Shown piece after piece: positions 1-13,629 of a stretch of DNA of 60,000 nucleotides (positions are counted from its first letter, which is position 1; each line of letters opens with the position of its first letter). The notes beneath the pieces are model-generated. The model worked only from the letters and a program-made list of their open reading frames with translations. It had not been told where the DNA came from and made no database searches. Position numbers and translations under genes: made by a program. The DNA is from Lama glama (lineage: Eukaryota), in the NCBI GenBank assembly GCA_028534125.1, contig CM052818.1, positions 36,458,001 through 36,518,000 on the forward strand, in the 5' to 3' direction.

Positions 1-50
1 TACTGATGAGGTGTTTGATGAAAAAAAAATTGAAAGTCATTGCTCTAGAC

Positions 51-572
51 TCCCTGTTTTCAAAGTATGGTCCAGTGATCCTTGTGAGCCCTATAAGACT
101 TTAGGGGGTTGGTCTCACTTCTCTTTTTTTTTTCCCTCAACAGTGTATCTTCTTGAATATGAGTTTTTTATACGTCAGTCAGAACAACATTATTGTAACA
201 GGTTGAATGTAGAATCAGAAAATGAGAATCCAGTTGTTTTTCCTTAAGCCAGACATTAAAGAGATTTGAAGACATGGAAAACAATGCCACTTTTCTCACT
301 AAATTTTATTTTATATATATTTTATATTTTAGAAAAATAGATCTTTCAAAAGAACATATTTTGGAAAAATAGATCTTTCAGAAGAATGTATTTTTAAATG
401 TTAACATGTAATGAGCTTTAAGTGAATATGTAATTTGGAAAGTTCTTAGTTTTAATTTTTAATATTTAAATATTGACAGGTATAACCCACATAAACAAAA
501 GCTCTTTTAGGTTCTTGAGTAATTTTTAAGAGTTTAGTAAGGTCCTGAGATCAAAATGTTTGAGAATTTTTG
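51..572. mobile_element. hAT-Charlie-type non-autonomous DNA transposon relic
   Basis: Degenerate termini (tttcaaagt...tttgagaa); 8-bp flanks ctctagac (43-50) and acctagac (573-580) fit the Charlie NTCTAGAN target. Confidence 0.65.
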
Positions 573-1639
573 ACCTAGACCATGAGCTCTTTGAGAGTAG
601 AGAACTGTCTTACTGCCCTTTACTTTCCTGACACATTGGAATTGCTTAGTGAATGTTTGCTGTATGAAAAAAAGGAATTAACCATTGAATCACCACATAG
701 GCTTTAGATAACTCCTGCCCAATGTCATTCCCCCCCCTTTTTTTTTTGTAACGTTTTAGTTTAAGTAAAATCTACTTCTGTGGACTCTGAAGACTTTTTC
801 TGAGAATAGTTGAAGAATTTTACTTGAGATATATGAGAATTGCAAAACTTATTTCTCTTCAGGAGAATTACAAAAAAGGTTGAACATTAAAAAGAGACTT
901 TTAAACCTGAAAGCAGATAGAAGTAGAAATATTTGGAAAAGGAAAGCAGATTTTGGTCAGAAAGAATTGCACTTAAATTCCTGTAGAGATTCACAGTGTG
1001 TACTTTGGTATTAAATTATTGTGGGCAGGCTCAGAATGATATAATTCAGTATATTGGAAATGAATTTTAAAGAAATACCTCCTCAGCTACACTGATGAAA
1101 GTAAAGATTTCATACAGCATTTTGTCATCTCAGTATTTCATGTCATTTTGTGTTTCTCAGTTTATGGTGGAACCTAGGAAGTAAAAACCAATAACAAGTA
1201 GAAACATCAGGTAGGGGCATTGAAAAGTCAGTTGAATGATCATATGTACAAGAGAAATATCTGAGTGTTAATACTTTGGTTGTAAAACAATATTACGATT
1301 CTTAAAATTTAAGAGGAAGGCATGCCTCCCAAGTTTTTTTTTTTTAATTAAAAAAAGTATTGTAAATGAACATGAATTATACTATTTTAAGGTATGTAGA
1401 ATGTTAATTTTTATTTTTAATAGATTGTATACCTGTTTTGAGGAAAGAAAATTTTATTTATGAAAACCATCTTAGGCTCTTTTCTGACCTGATTTTCCAC
1501 ATCTTTTCTCTTTGAGATTTTTAGTTTTTAAACTATTAATTTTCCCCATTTCAGAGGTTGCATAAACTCTACCTTCAAAACTGGAAACTAACAACTCTAA
1601 CATTTTATTAAATAAGGTAAAACAAGAAGATTTGCTAAT

Positions 1640-1870
1640 AAAGAATTGCTGCTGTTTATGTAGCTGTGTGCCAGGCACTGTATAAGCTAATAATATATAT
1701 TAACTAACGTAAGTTTTTAACTGTCCAGTGAGAAAAGTATTGTTTTCCCATTTGACAGATGAAGACACTGATGCCAACAGGGGGTAAAGTAACTTACCTA
1801 GGGTCTTATAGCTAGTGGTGGAGCAGGTTTGTCTGATTCCAAATTTCGTGCACCTATACTGCCCTATACT
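1640..1870 (-). mobile_element. MIR SINE
   Basis: tgtgccaggcactg ... ccccattt.acagatgaagacactga ... aagtaactt MIR core. Confidence 0.75.
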
Positions 1871-2284
1871 AAAACCGCAGAGAGACAGTTTCTTCATATT
1901 GTGATGCTTAGGCTGATGAGTGGTTAGGGAATTGAGGTTTTGCATTCATCAAATTAAGATCATTGTTCATTCATCAAAAACGTATTGCCTGTTCTATGCA
2001 GTGTAATGTACTAATAAGTCTGAATTTAAGACAGTGTCTCTTCTCTTCACTCTTCCGTTCACAGTGTCTAACTGCCTAACGCAATTTCTGTATGTACACA
2101 TACACACAATACTCACACATAGATTTATATATATATACACACATATGTATTGCTAGTATAGTAAATTTTTGTTGAATGAAATAAAATAGTTGAAAACCCA
2201 GATAGCCACTGTTCTCTAAGAATTTAAACATTCAGAGGGAAGAGAGACTTGGAAAATATAATATAGTAGAAGTGCTGTAATAGT

Positions 2285-4580
2285 ATAAAATATAAAAGCA
2301 TGATCCATAAAAGAAAAATTTGATAAAGTGAACTTTACCCAAATTAAAACCTTTTACTCTTTAAAAGACACCATTAAGAGAATGAAAAAACAAGCCACAG
2401 ACTGGGAGAAAATATTTCAAATTTGTCAAATCACGTATCTGATAAGACTTATATCCAGATTGTATAAAGAACTCTTTAAGTGTGATAATAAGACTACATC
2501 AAATGATTTTCAAGAAGAGTGTGAATACCATTCACTGGGGAAAGGATGGTCTTTTCAACTAATGGTGCTGGGAAAGCTGGATGTTCACATACAAAAAAAA
2601 AATTTGGACCCTTACACATATGCAAAAAACTAACTCAAAATGGATTGTAAGACCTAAAACTATAAAACTCTTAGAGAAGGACATAAGGGGAAAGCTCCAT
2701 GACATTGGATTTGGCAATAATTTCTTGGATATGACAACAGTTATACAGGTAACAAAGGGAAGAATAGATAAATTAGACTTCATCAAAATTAAAAACTTTT
2801 GTATATTAAAGGGGTACTATTAACAGAGTGAAAAGACAACCCACTGAATGGGAGAAAATATTTGCAAATCACATATTTTATAAGGGGTTGATACCCAGAG
2901 TATATAAAGAACTCCTGCAACTCAACAACAACAAAAAACCCCCAAACAACCAATTTAGAAATGGACAAAGTACTTGAATAGATTTTTCTCCACAGGAGAT
3001 GCTAAAATGGCAGTAAAGCACATGAAAAGATGCTGAACATCACTAATCGTTAGGGAACTACAAATCAAAACCACATTGAGATACTATTTTATACTCAGTA
3101 GGATTACTGTTGTCATAAAAATAGAAGATAAGGTGTTAGTCAAGATATGAAGAAATTGGAACCCTTCTGCATTGCTGGTGGGAATGTAAAATTGTGCAGC
3201 CTCTGTTGAAAATAAGTGTATTTTGCTGATTCTTTAAAGAATTAAGCAAAATTACAATGTGATCCAGCAGTTGCACTTCTGGGTATGTACCCGAAGAATT
3301 GCAAGTAGGGATTCAAACAGATATTTGTATACCCATGTTCATGGCAGCGTTATTCACAATAGCCAACATACAGAAACAGTATAGGTATCCGTCAACCGAT
3401 GAACTGATCAACATAGTGTGGGATATACATACAATGTAAATTGTTTAGCTTTAAAAAGAAAGGAAATTTTGACATATTCTACAACTTGAGTAACTACAAC
3501 ATGGGTGAGCCTGAGGACCGTATACTAAATGATATGAGCCAGTTACAAAAGGGCAAATATGATTCCTCTTATACAAGATTCATGGAGACAGAAAGTAGAA
3601 TGGTGGTTGACACGGGTTGGGGCAAGGGAGAGTATGAGGAGTTAGTGTTTAATGGGTAGAATTTTAGTTGGGAAGGATGAAACGGTTCTGGAAGTAGATA
3701 GGTAGTGATAATTGCATAACAATGTGAGTATACTTAATGCTACAGACAGTACAGTTTAAAACTGTTAAAATGGCAAATTGTTATGACTTTTATCACAACT
3801 GAATTTAAAAAGAAAACTACAATTTAAAAATGGGCTAAGGATTTAATAGACGTTTTATCAAGGAGTATTTATATTCTCGGGCTAATAAACATGAGAAAAG
3901 ATACCCAATATCATTAGTCATTAAGGAATGAGATACCACTACACATCCACTAGGATAGCTGTAATCACAAAGACAGACAATACCAAGTGTTGGCAGGAAT
4001 GTAGAGAAACTTGAATCCTTGTATACTGCTGGTGGAATTGTAAAATGATGTAGCCACTTTGGAAAAGTTGGCAGTTCTTAAAATGTTAGACATAAACTTG
4101 TGATGTGACTCAGCATTTCTACTCCTAGGTAACTACACAAGGGAAATATAAACATACGTTTATACGAAGATTTGTATGTGGAAGTTCCTACTGGTATTAT
4201 TCATCATAGTGGAAACAACCCATGTATTAATTGGTGATTGGTGAAACAAAATGTTGTATGTATACATAGAGTGAAATATTATTCAGCAATAAGTGGAATG
4301 AACTACTGATACATTCTACAGTGTGAATGATCTTCAGTTTTTTATGGTAAAAGTGAGAGAAGCCATACACAAAAGACTAATTGTTCTCAATATATGCAAT
4401 TTCTAGAGGGGACGAGTCTCTAGACACAGAAACCAAATCAGTTGTTGTTGGCTTGGAGTGTGAGTGTGGACTGACTGCAGATGGGCACAAGGGAACTTTT
4501 TGGAGGTAGTGAAAATATTCTAAAACTGATTTGTGGTGGTTGCCCAACTGAATTAATTTACTAAAAATGATTGAACTTAA
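2285..4580 (+). mobile_element. Old L1 (L1M-type) ORF2 end and 3'UTR, with a second L1 3' fragment nested at ~2499-3812
   Basis: Degenerate L1 ORF2 peptides (KDTIKRMKKQATDWEKIF; SKWIVRPKTIKLLE; IDKLDFIKIKNFC) and two 3'UTR ends. Confidence 0.85.
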
Positions 4581-6701
4581 AAAAAGTTTAACGAGAGATA
4601 GTAGAAGGTATGTCTAAATTTATCTGGGAAAGTCAGAGCAACACCTGGAAAGCATCAGCTTAAGCGGAGAGTTAAAAAACTGTTGAGGAAGGAGTGAATA
4701 GCATATATAAAGACCATTATGAACCAGTGTGAAAGAGAACGTGATTTGCTCAGGGAATTATACGAGGCTTTACTTGTTGGAGCATGAAGTTTGAGGCTGG
4801 GTATGTCAGAAAATTAAGTTAGGAGTAAATTTAGAGAAAAATAAGCTGTTAGTAATAACCTGGCAAGAAGATCAGGAGATTATTGTAGACTTGCTCTTGG
4901 TATGTTTTGTATTCACAAAGTTCAACACAATGTTAAAAATGATCAGATGGAAGAATATTTGAAACTGAAATTTAATGTTTTGCTACCCTTGAACAAAATC
5001 CTGGTACTTCTGTGGTACTGCATTCTGTTTATTTTTCAAGACCCAGTTAATGTTGGCATTTTCTGCTGTATCTAATGTCTCTTCACCCCAGCCCTTTGCA
5101 TGTTTCACTACCTCTGTTATTAACACTTCTGGTAAGGTACAATGCTTTCTTATGAGATTTAAGATCCTTGACAGCAGGAAGTAAGCATATTTCCTTCAAG
5201 TTTATAACTGCAGTGTCTGGCATGATATTTGACACATAATGGGTATTTAGTGGTAAATTTACTTGCCAGAACTTTCAAATAAAGGCCAGCAAAGTATAGA
5301 TCAAAGGGTTGGAGTGAATTATACATGAAGGTATACCACTTCAAAAGAAAAAACGGAAAGTCACAAGGTGAAATTTTATATAAGCTCTTAAAGGATTTCA
5401 TTTTGGGTTTTGGGATAAATAATTTCCCATCCAAATGATGAATTCTGATGGCTGCTTTTCATTCATTGATTGTTTCTTCTCTATCTTAGAATTTTAGAGC
5501 TGGCAAAGGCCTTTAGTGCTTATAGAATCTAGTCTTTTCTCTTTATTCATTTTGTGACTTTAAGCCAGGTACTTAAACCTTTCCAAGCCCAAGTTTTCTC
5601 ATCTGTAAAATGAGAAACTCCTATGTACCTTATTGTTACAAAGCTAGATTAAAATAATATTTAAGTCTTCAATTCAAAGTCTTCAATTCAGTGAGTAGTT
5701 ACACATGAAAAATTGAATGGATTATCCAAAGTTTGCCAGAAATATGTGCCTAAATTTGGACTAGCATCTGATGTCTTGAATTTTAATTGTCTTTCCACAC
5801 TGTCATTGTTGGTACTTCCTTCCATATTTAGTGACTTTTTTTTTTTTTGCAGTTTCCAATTTGATGTGGGCTGGGGAACAAAAATCACAAGCTTTACTCA
5901 TTCAGTACATGTTTATATAGCATAACTATGTACTAGGCGCTGTGGTAGGGGTAGGAAAACACAAATTCTCTTCTCAGGTAGTTTTGTGTCTAGAGGTAGG
6001 AAACAGACCTTCTCGAAACACATATAACTTAAATAAATTTTGTAGGCAAATGTGGATTTAAACAGCATGTCTTGCAAGGGGAGCATCTGAGGTCAAAGTC
6101 TTTATAGAGCAGGCAAACAAAGGAGATATGGTTGTCACTGACTGGACAAAACTGAGGGATATGAGCATGACTGGCTTATTTTGCTTGGGACTTTTGCATA
6201 GAGGGTGGTGGTGTCATTGTGGAGCATTCTATGATGAGATCAAAGGTATAGTTTATCTGCAGTGAAACCAGGATTCCAAAGGATACAGTGGAATAGACTT
6301 GGTAGGGAAAAAGCCTGGGAAGGGAAATCAGTGGACAGGAAATTACACAGAAACAGGGTAAGAGAAGTCAGTGTTGTTAGCATCCTCCCACCTCTCTGTT
6401 GTAGACTCTAGGTAATTATTTTTCAGCTCTTATGCAGAAGCCTTTTGAGATTGTTGCCATCTGACTGTTAGAATCAGCTATCCTTTTTTATATTGTAGTA
6501 TAATTTATTAATGACTTGGGCAACTGGGTCACTCTTCCATTCTTGTTTAGTCCGTGGGGTTGAACAGCATAGCCTAAGACTAGGTTAACCTTAACTCCAT
6601 GTGAATGTTCAGTGAATATTGAAAATGCTACCAAAGTTGAAGAAATTGTAATTTGGTATAATATGTAAGAAGCTTTTAATTCTCTTAATATTTAATGTCT
6701 T

Positions 6702-6722
6702 TGTGTGTGTGTGTATGTGTGT
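6702..6722 (+). repeat. Imperfect (TG)n abutting the splice acceptor
   Basis: tgtgtgtgtgtgtatgtgtgt directly before ag|. Confidence 0.9.
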
Positions 6723-6724
6723 AG

Positions 6725-6860
6725 GTTAAATGTATCTTTAGAATACAGTACGAAGAGGTCTTGTATATTCAAAGGCCTATTGAAGAAGACAGAAGAAAAT
6801 TTTTCCAAGAACTGATTCTCAATCAGGCCTCAATGGCTCCACCACGAAGGAAACACACTG
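6725..6860 (+). CDS. ATAD2B: ATAD2B internal coding exon (VKCIFRIQYEEVLYIQRPIEEDRRKFFQELILNQASMAPPRRKHT), phase 0 to 1
   Basis: tag| acceptor at 6724, CTG|gtaaag donor; 136 nt open frame; peptide recognised as ATAD2B C-terminal to the second AAA domain. Confidence 0.95.
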
Positions 6861-8830
6861 GTAAAGTTCCTAAAGCCTTTAGGAAAATGGGGGTGGTTAG
6901 AGTTAAGAAATACCTTTCTTGGAGTCATTTTTTTGAAAAAAGAAAAAAAAATTTCTTTGTGGAAGTGAAGACAGTTTTTCAGGTTTTTTTTTTGAACTTT
7001 AGTTGGATACATGTGGAAGTGGCCATTGTGTTTACCTGATTTGAAGACATTGGGAAGTACAGCCTCGTTGTTAAAGTTTTACTAATAGGTGACTGTTAAT
7101 GAAGTATTCTCCTTATCACTTCAGTCCAGATACTCTGGTAGTTTCACATTCTGAGGCTCAAATAGTCAAAGAAAAAAGACTGAACAACAGGTGTTGTGCT
7201 GATTGCTTTCTGGGCCAGGGTGGTTTTGATGGGCCAAGAACTGGTTAGAACATTTGCCTTTTCTGGTTTATTGATTAATTTCTCAAATATTTATTGAGCA
7301 CCTATTATATTAGGTATCTTATCCTAGACACTTGGAAATCTATGATGGCTTTCTTTTAAGCATTGGAATTTTCTTGGATTTGGGCCCACAGCATTAAGAG
7401 GGGCCTCAAAATTTGTCAGATTTTAGTCCCCTGATTTAAGGACTGCAGTCTAAATCATTCAAAAGAGTTTCTTTTCCTAATCTTAAAGCTGCACAAAAGA
7501 TAAGATGCCCTTGTTTAATCTTTCAGCCTCTCCTCAAAAATAACAGTTCTGTTTACTAAAAAATTTTAAGTCTCTTTTCCCTTGTTCTATTTTTTATGTT
7601 TCTTGTAGCTCTTCATTTAAAATACTAAATACATTTACCATCTCTGCCAGCTCTTTGCTTTTTCATATTTGTTGTACTTCTTTTTTAGTGGTTATATTAT
7701 CCAATACTTTAATAAGTTTATTGTCCTTTAGTGACTCCTTTCCACATTTTCTCAGTGTTTTAAAGATGAACGCCTATCAAATGGCTATAGTTGTGGAGTT
7801 TTTTCCCCCCAGAAACTTTGGGAAATTCAACATGGAAGTCACACTTTCTGATTATTGGTTGTTGCCTTCTGTTAATCTAAATAACAGCATTTAAAGTATT
7901 TCATTATTAGAGTGATTCATTTTAATAAGGTATCTTGCATGCTCCCTGATGTACTTTAGTTCCATGGATCTGAATTGTCTGTGTTGAGGATGAACATAAT
8001 TTTTTTTCTTTTTCAATTGCTTCTGTTGACTTTTATTTTTCATCTTAGGGCTATTTAGAAATCAGCCAGAATACTTAGAATTTTAATCCTGAGCTTCAGT
8101 GTGATACCAGAAAATGTTTTAAGGACTTAGAGAACATTATGATTAGGCAAGTTAATACTTCACGTTCTCAGAAGATGTTTTGTTTTATGGTAGATAGTGA
8201 ATACTGTAGATTTTATATATGGCACTTAAGACTGGGTTTTCCATCTTTTTTATGTCTTTGGGATTCTTTTTTTAGTTACTACTTTTTTATTTTTATTTTT
8301 ATTTTTTTGCTCCCTGCAGGTGCCATTCACTATTCCTACTGTGTTGTAGTAAGAATGTGAGGGTAGGAGACTTGTCTAACATCAGAAGTCTTTTGGGAAT
8401 GGGAAGGATCAAAGAATTGTTACTTGCCTATTTAACTTTCTTGCATGTAAGGCACCTCATTTTGAGAAGCAGTTTTTAAACAAGGTTGACCTAAGCAAAT
8501 CAGTATAGAAGTCTTTCATCTGAACATATTTATGTTGATTTGAAATATTTCTCATAAGTTGTATGTAAATAATACCTCAAAATAAAATTATTTAAAATCA
8601 TACAATTTGCCCTTTAAAGGAGTCCTGTTGTAAGTTATCTTATAAAGTGAAACTATTCCCTAATATATTTTTGGTTTCCATTCAAATTTTTACTTGCTGG
8701 GTTTGCATGTTTCACATACATTTGGAATTCTCCTTTTTTTAAAAGGACATTTTGAGAGAGTGCCAGAAAAGTAATTGAGGTCCTGGCCCTGCTGTGCTGG
8801 AATCTTAACATTTTCTTCTATTTTCTTTAG

Positions 8831-9027
8831 GTCTTTGTACTATGGAAGTGCTTCCACTTGCACTACCTTCTCCACCTCGTCAATTATCAGAATCAGAAAA
8901 AATTCGGATGGAGGACCAAGAGGAAAATACTTTAAGAGAGTTGCGGTTGTTTCTCAGGGATGTAACCAAGAGGCTGGCCACAGATAAACGCTTTAACATC
9001 TTCAGCAAACCGGTGGATATTGAAGAG
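8831..9027 (+). CDS. ATAD2B: ATAD2B coding exon, start of bromodomain (GLCTMEVLPLALP...RELRLFLRDVTKRLATDKRFNIFSKPVDIEE)
   Basis: ttttctttag| acceptor, phase matches previous exon; GAG|gtcttg donor joins in frame to the next exon VSDY; ORF track 8842-9042. Confidence 0.95.
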
Positions 9028-11126
9028 GTCTTGTTTCAGTAGTGTGCAAACAGTGAAGTTGAACTGGCTAAAAGAAAAAAATGTTGACATCTTTTTTTGG
9101 AAGGAAAAAAAGCAAAGGCATGGATGAATATTACCGCTAGCCTGTAAAATTTTAATCCATGTGATAACTACCAATGTCATCAGCAAACATCTGGTGACTT
9201 TTGGATGAAACTAGTGATGATTTGTATATGTCTTCTTAATTAGTATTGATCTTTGTGATCTCTTACTCTTCAGTTTAAGAAGAGGATTAAAAGTTACTTT
9301 AGTGAAATGTCCATACTAGACTATTTTTATTCCAGGATAAATCCTGCTTTCAAAAAGAATATTGATATTAACCAATCAATACCAATTAATATTAACATTT
9401 CCCATATTATGTATACCTTATCAAAAGAAGTGGCTAAGAAACCTGAAATTTGTCTTTCATATTTTGGAAGTGCCTGTGACTAAGCACATCCTGTACAGCT
9501 AAAGTTATTTTTCTCTCCAAGTATTTTTTCTGCTCCCAGTGGAAAATTTCTCACTTTCAATGTGTATTGTTTTGTGTCCTGTGGGAGCATGGTTTGTGAT
9601 GATGAAAAAAAGAAATTTTCCATTTGGAATCTCCTATAATACTGTGAAATAAACCTTTTTTTGTTCTTTATTTTTTTTATCCTGGGATAATATAGTGTGT
9701 GGATGAACACATTGCAATCCTTACTGGCCTTCTCCTTAGTTCAGACTCCATGTTTGAACAGCTTTGGTGTTTTTAGTTTTAATATTTCTTAATTTTTAAA
9801 AATTTGAATTATGAAATGATTCAAAGTTTAATGTTGTGTCCTCGTTGTGAAATTTGTACTCTTGGATCTGAGCAGAATCCTTTGGAACCATTACCTCATC
9901 TGTGCCTGTGAGCTAGCATTATGTTTTTTCCCGTTGGAAAGCCTGAAAATATCTATCTCCCTCCCCTCTTTTTTTTGGAATAAATCATATTTGTATTTTT
10001 ATCCACAATACATAGTTTTAGCCATTTGATACTTTCAACAACCTCACAAAGGCATTATTATGTTGCAGCTAAAGAAACAGTTTCATTGGCAGGTGACACA
10101 GCCAAGACTCAAACGTTTCTTAAAATTTGAAGCCCACATTCTTTCCATTACATCACAGCTACCTTATGTCTTTTTCCACTGGAATGGCAGGACTTGCCTA
10201 TTTGCTTTTGCAATTAACACAAATTTTATATTTGTGAAGTATTTTTTTCCTCATAATGTTTTCAGATAATCTTAACACTATCAGCCCACTTTAAAGACTG
10301 ATTTAAAGGTTTATTTTTATTTCAAATTGAGTATGGGAATTCTGACACTTAATTGATAAGAACTTCTTGCCCCCAAGTTAACCTCCCATCCTGGGAGTGA
10401 ACCAATTTTGCCTTTGTCCAGGAAAACTTTCTTTCTAACTGTAAGAGGTTATCAGATTTCAAATGCCATCTGTGCTAGAGTAAAAGTTTTATAAATGGTG
10501 GTAAGGCAGTGGAAGTGGATAGAAAATGTTGGTCAGATAAAACTTGTTTTAAGGGTTATGTTTTCTCTTTTTCCTCTTTTTTTCTTCTCAGGTTTATTCT
10601 GTTACTGGTTATTCATTTGCTCTTAAGGCTGAAAACATAGAGGTCTCTGAGAAAGATAGAGAGGGGAAACCAAGATAACATTTAAGTAACCTAAAACACA
10701 AAAACTTGTATTAAAATAATGAAATTTGAAATGTCTAAAAACTTTATCAAATTCCAAAGCAAATTGCAAAGAAAACAAAAGTTTAGAAAATAGTTGTTGA
10801 ATTTAAAATTAGGCATAGGTGGTGAAACTTTACAGTCTTTAGTAATATAAATTTTTATCGTACAAAGGTTTATAAAACATTTTTCACACGTACACAACAC
10901 ATGTCAAGTGTCAGAGCCAAGAATCTAACTAATGTCTTCCAAACTATTGCTTGTTGGGGATAGCTTCACTATCTCCCTTATAAGGAGACTGACTGGCTTT
11001 TTAGATCCTGGAAGTTGAAAAATAAATTAAAACATACACACACACTTACCTAAAATTTTAAAAACGTAAAAATACATATATGTGTATTTATATGCATATA
11101 TTTCTATATATGTGTTTATGTACATT

Positions 11127-11152
11127 TATATATATATATATATATATATATA
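11127..11152. repeat. (TA)13 microsatellite in an AT-rich tract
   Basis: Direct reading. Confidence 0.9.
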
Positions 11153-11349
11153 AATATACATTATATGTGTAAATTAAAAAAATATCAAGGCATCAGTGCC
11201 ATCTGCAGTGGAGAAAACTAGTCTACAGTTTAGTAGATCCAAAATTATCCCATCCCCAGAACTGGTCCTAGACTAATTAAATGTGTCTAAGACTGTGTTT
11301 CTATCAGACCTAATTACTTGATTTGAAATTTGCATTGAGGAAGACAATA

Positions 11350-11665
11350 TAGGCATACATACATCAGAGAGATTGTGGGTTCAGTTCTAGACCACTGCAG
11401 TAATGTGAATATTGCAATAAAGCAAGTCACATTTTTTTGGTTTCCCAGTGTATATAAAAGTTATTTACACTATACTGTAGTCTTTTAAATGTGCAGTGGC
11501 ATTATGTGTACAAAAAATGTACATACATTAGTTAAAAAATGCTTGATTGCTAAAAAATGCTGACCATCATTTGACAATACAGGTTGCCACAAACCTTCAA
11601 TTTATAAAAAATGCAGAATCTGCAAAGCATAATAAAGGGAAGTACAATAAAATGAATTATGCCTG
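11350..11665 (-). mobile_element. Internally deleted Tigger1-type TcMar element
   Basis: Both termini present (taggcatac...gggttcagttctagacc; ...aattatgcctg) with TA flanks. Confidence 0.85.
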
Positions 11666-12433
11666 TAGATATGTAGGTTGGAAGAGCTTTCTTATTGGTC
11701 AGGTGATATAAGACATGCAACTTACTGGGCAGTCATGACTTAATGTCATTTATTTTGGGTTATCTCCCAGAAAATCAGTACATAGAGCAAAATATATATC
11801 TTTTTTTGCTTGTAGATTTGCTTATCTTTAGGGACAAGACTAGCAAACAAATCTTTCACTAGTCATGAAAGCAATACTTATTTTTGTTATGTTATTGACT
11901 CAAAATATTTGTAATGACTCCAAAGGAGCAAAAAATGCTTTCCATGAAACGATTCACTATGGAAACTGAAAAAGAGAGAAATTTCCTTTTGTTAGAGATT
12001 TTAAAGAGATTTACCAGAGAACTTGTCTAATAATTAGAAAAAAATCTATGTTTATTTTTATTTTCCTTTAAAAAATTTTTCTTGACGTAACATTTTTTGA
12101 TGCTTATTGGGTGCTTTTACCTATACATTCTCTTCTCAGGTATGTCCAAAGGATTTAAAAAAAAGTTAGCTGACACAGTTGGTTTCATATTTCAAGATGC
12201 GAAACATTTCAGAGTTGATTTAGATATGGCTTGAAACTGAAGCTTTTCATGGAAAGTATGACATAGTAACTTTAGTAGTGTAACTTGCTCTATAATTTTA
12301 TTCTAATCTGTAATTATTTCCTAGATATCTGTATTTAATTTTTAAATAACTGTGTAGTTTTATTTTGTGTTTTATGAGTAGATCATATGAAATACCAGAA
12401 GTAATTTTCATTAAAATATCCTGTTTGTTTTAG

Positions 12434-12593
12434 GTTTCAGATTATCTTGAAGTCATCAAGGAACCTATGGATTTATCAACAGTAATAACTAAAATTGATA
12501 AGCATAATTACCTGACTGCCAAGGATTTCCTGAAAGATATTGACCTTATCTGTAGCAATGCTTTAGAATACAATCCAGATAAGGACCCGGGAG
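12434..12593 (+). CDS. ATAD2B: ATAD2B bromodomain exon (VSDYLEVIKEPMDLSTVITKIDKHNYLTAKDFLKDIDLICSNALEYNPDKDPG)
   Basis: Bromodomain motifs DY..VIKEPMDLS and NALEYN; tag| acceptor and GAG|gtaaga donor; 160 nt, phase 0 to 1. Confidence 0.97.
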
Positions 12594-13115
12594 GTAAGAT
12601 CTCGCCCTGGGTAAGGTTGACTTTGGTGATCAGTGAGAAGATAATTTAAAGTTTAAATAAAGCATACTCATGTTTCAGATGGATAAGTTTATCTTAACAA
12701 CATGTTATTGTATTTTGACACTTACTGATAAGGAACTAATAATACACTTAAATAGTAAATTTAATTATGAATTCATTTATTTAATTATTAAATAATGTAC
12801 TTAATTTAGAGGATTTTATTATTTTAGGTATTATGTTCAGGGGTTAATTTCTTGATTTACCTTTCACTTTTTATCCTGAAATTCTTATTTTGTTCAGGTA
12901 AGATGGGAAACTGAATAGTTGAGAATTTGAAATTTATTTATTTAGTCATTATCACCAGTAATGATTAAAGACTAGGAATTTTGAATTGTGGGAACTCACT
13001 AGGATAAATTCACATATCAAAAGACTCCCTTAGGTACACATTATCTGATCTATAGGTTATAGGTATTTTTATATAATTTTACTCTTTGCTTCTAATTCCA
13101 CTCTGTACTCAAATC

Positions 13116-13629
13116 TGTAGTCCCAACCCTTTTAATGCCCTCCGGGGAAGACCTCCAGGAAGCTATCTGTAGTTAAATAAGGTGGATTTATTGATACATT
13201 GTAACAAGGGAGAATGTCTATTATGGGGAACATTATATAGGATTTGAACTTGTGTTAAGTGATTTTTGGGGAGGAAGTAGGGCTTTGCAGTGGATTAGAT
13301 GCTCTTAGGAAGTGGTAGTAATTTTGAGACTAGTTATTTTAAGAGCTTGAAAGGTATGAAGAATGGAGCAAGGTTAAAGCTGTGATTGGTAAAGAAGCAG
13401 CAGTCATTCATTTTATCCAGGATAGGATTATATTTATTTTTGTTATTAGGACAATGTTCATGCTTTTGTCTGTGTTCAGATGTGATTACGGAGTGGTCTT
13501 TTTATCTTGACCCATCATGGTCATAGAGTAATGTTCTATAAAATTGTTTGTTTAACATGAATACACCAAGGCCTCCTGATAATACCAGGTCAGTTCCCAG
13601 CTGGCAGGGGTCTTTTTTTCTTTTTCTCA
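13116..13629 (-). mobile_element. Solo LTR, probably ERVL class (subfamily uncertain)
   Basis: TG...CA ends, ~510 bp, minus-strand AATAAA (tttatt 13187-13192) near its 3' end. Confidence 0.6.

Noticed and set aside
5663..5690. 14-bp tandem duplication aagtcttcaattca
   Set aside because: Ordinary slippage at the edge of a MIR fragment
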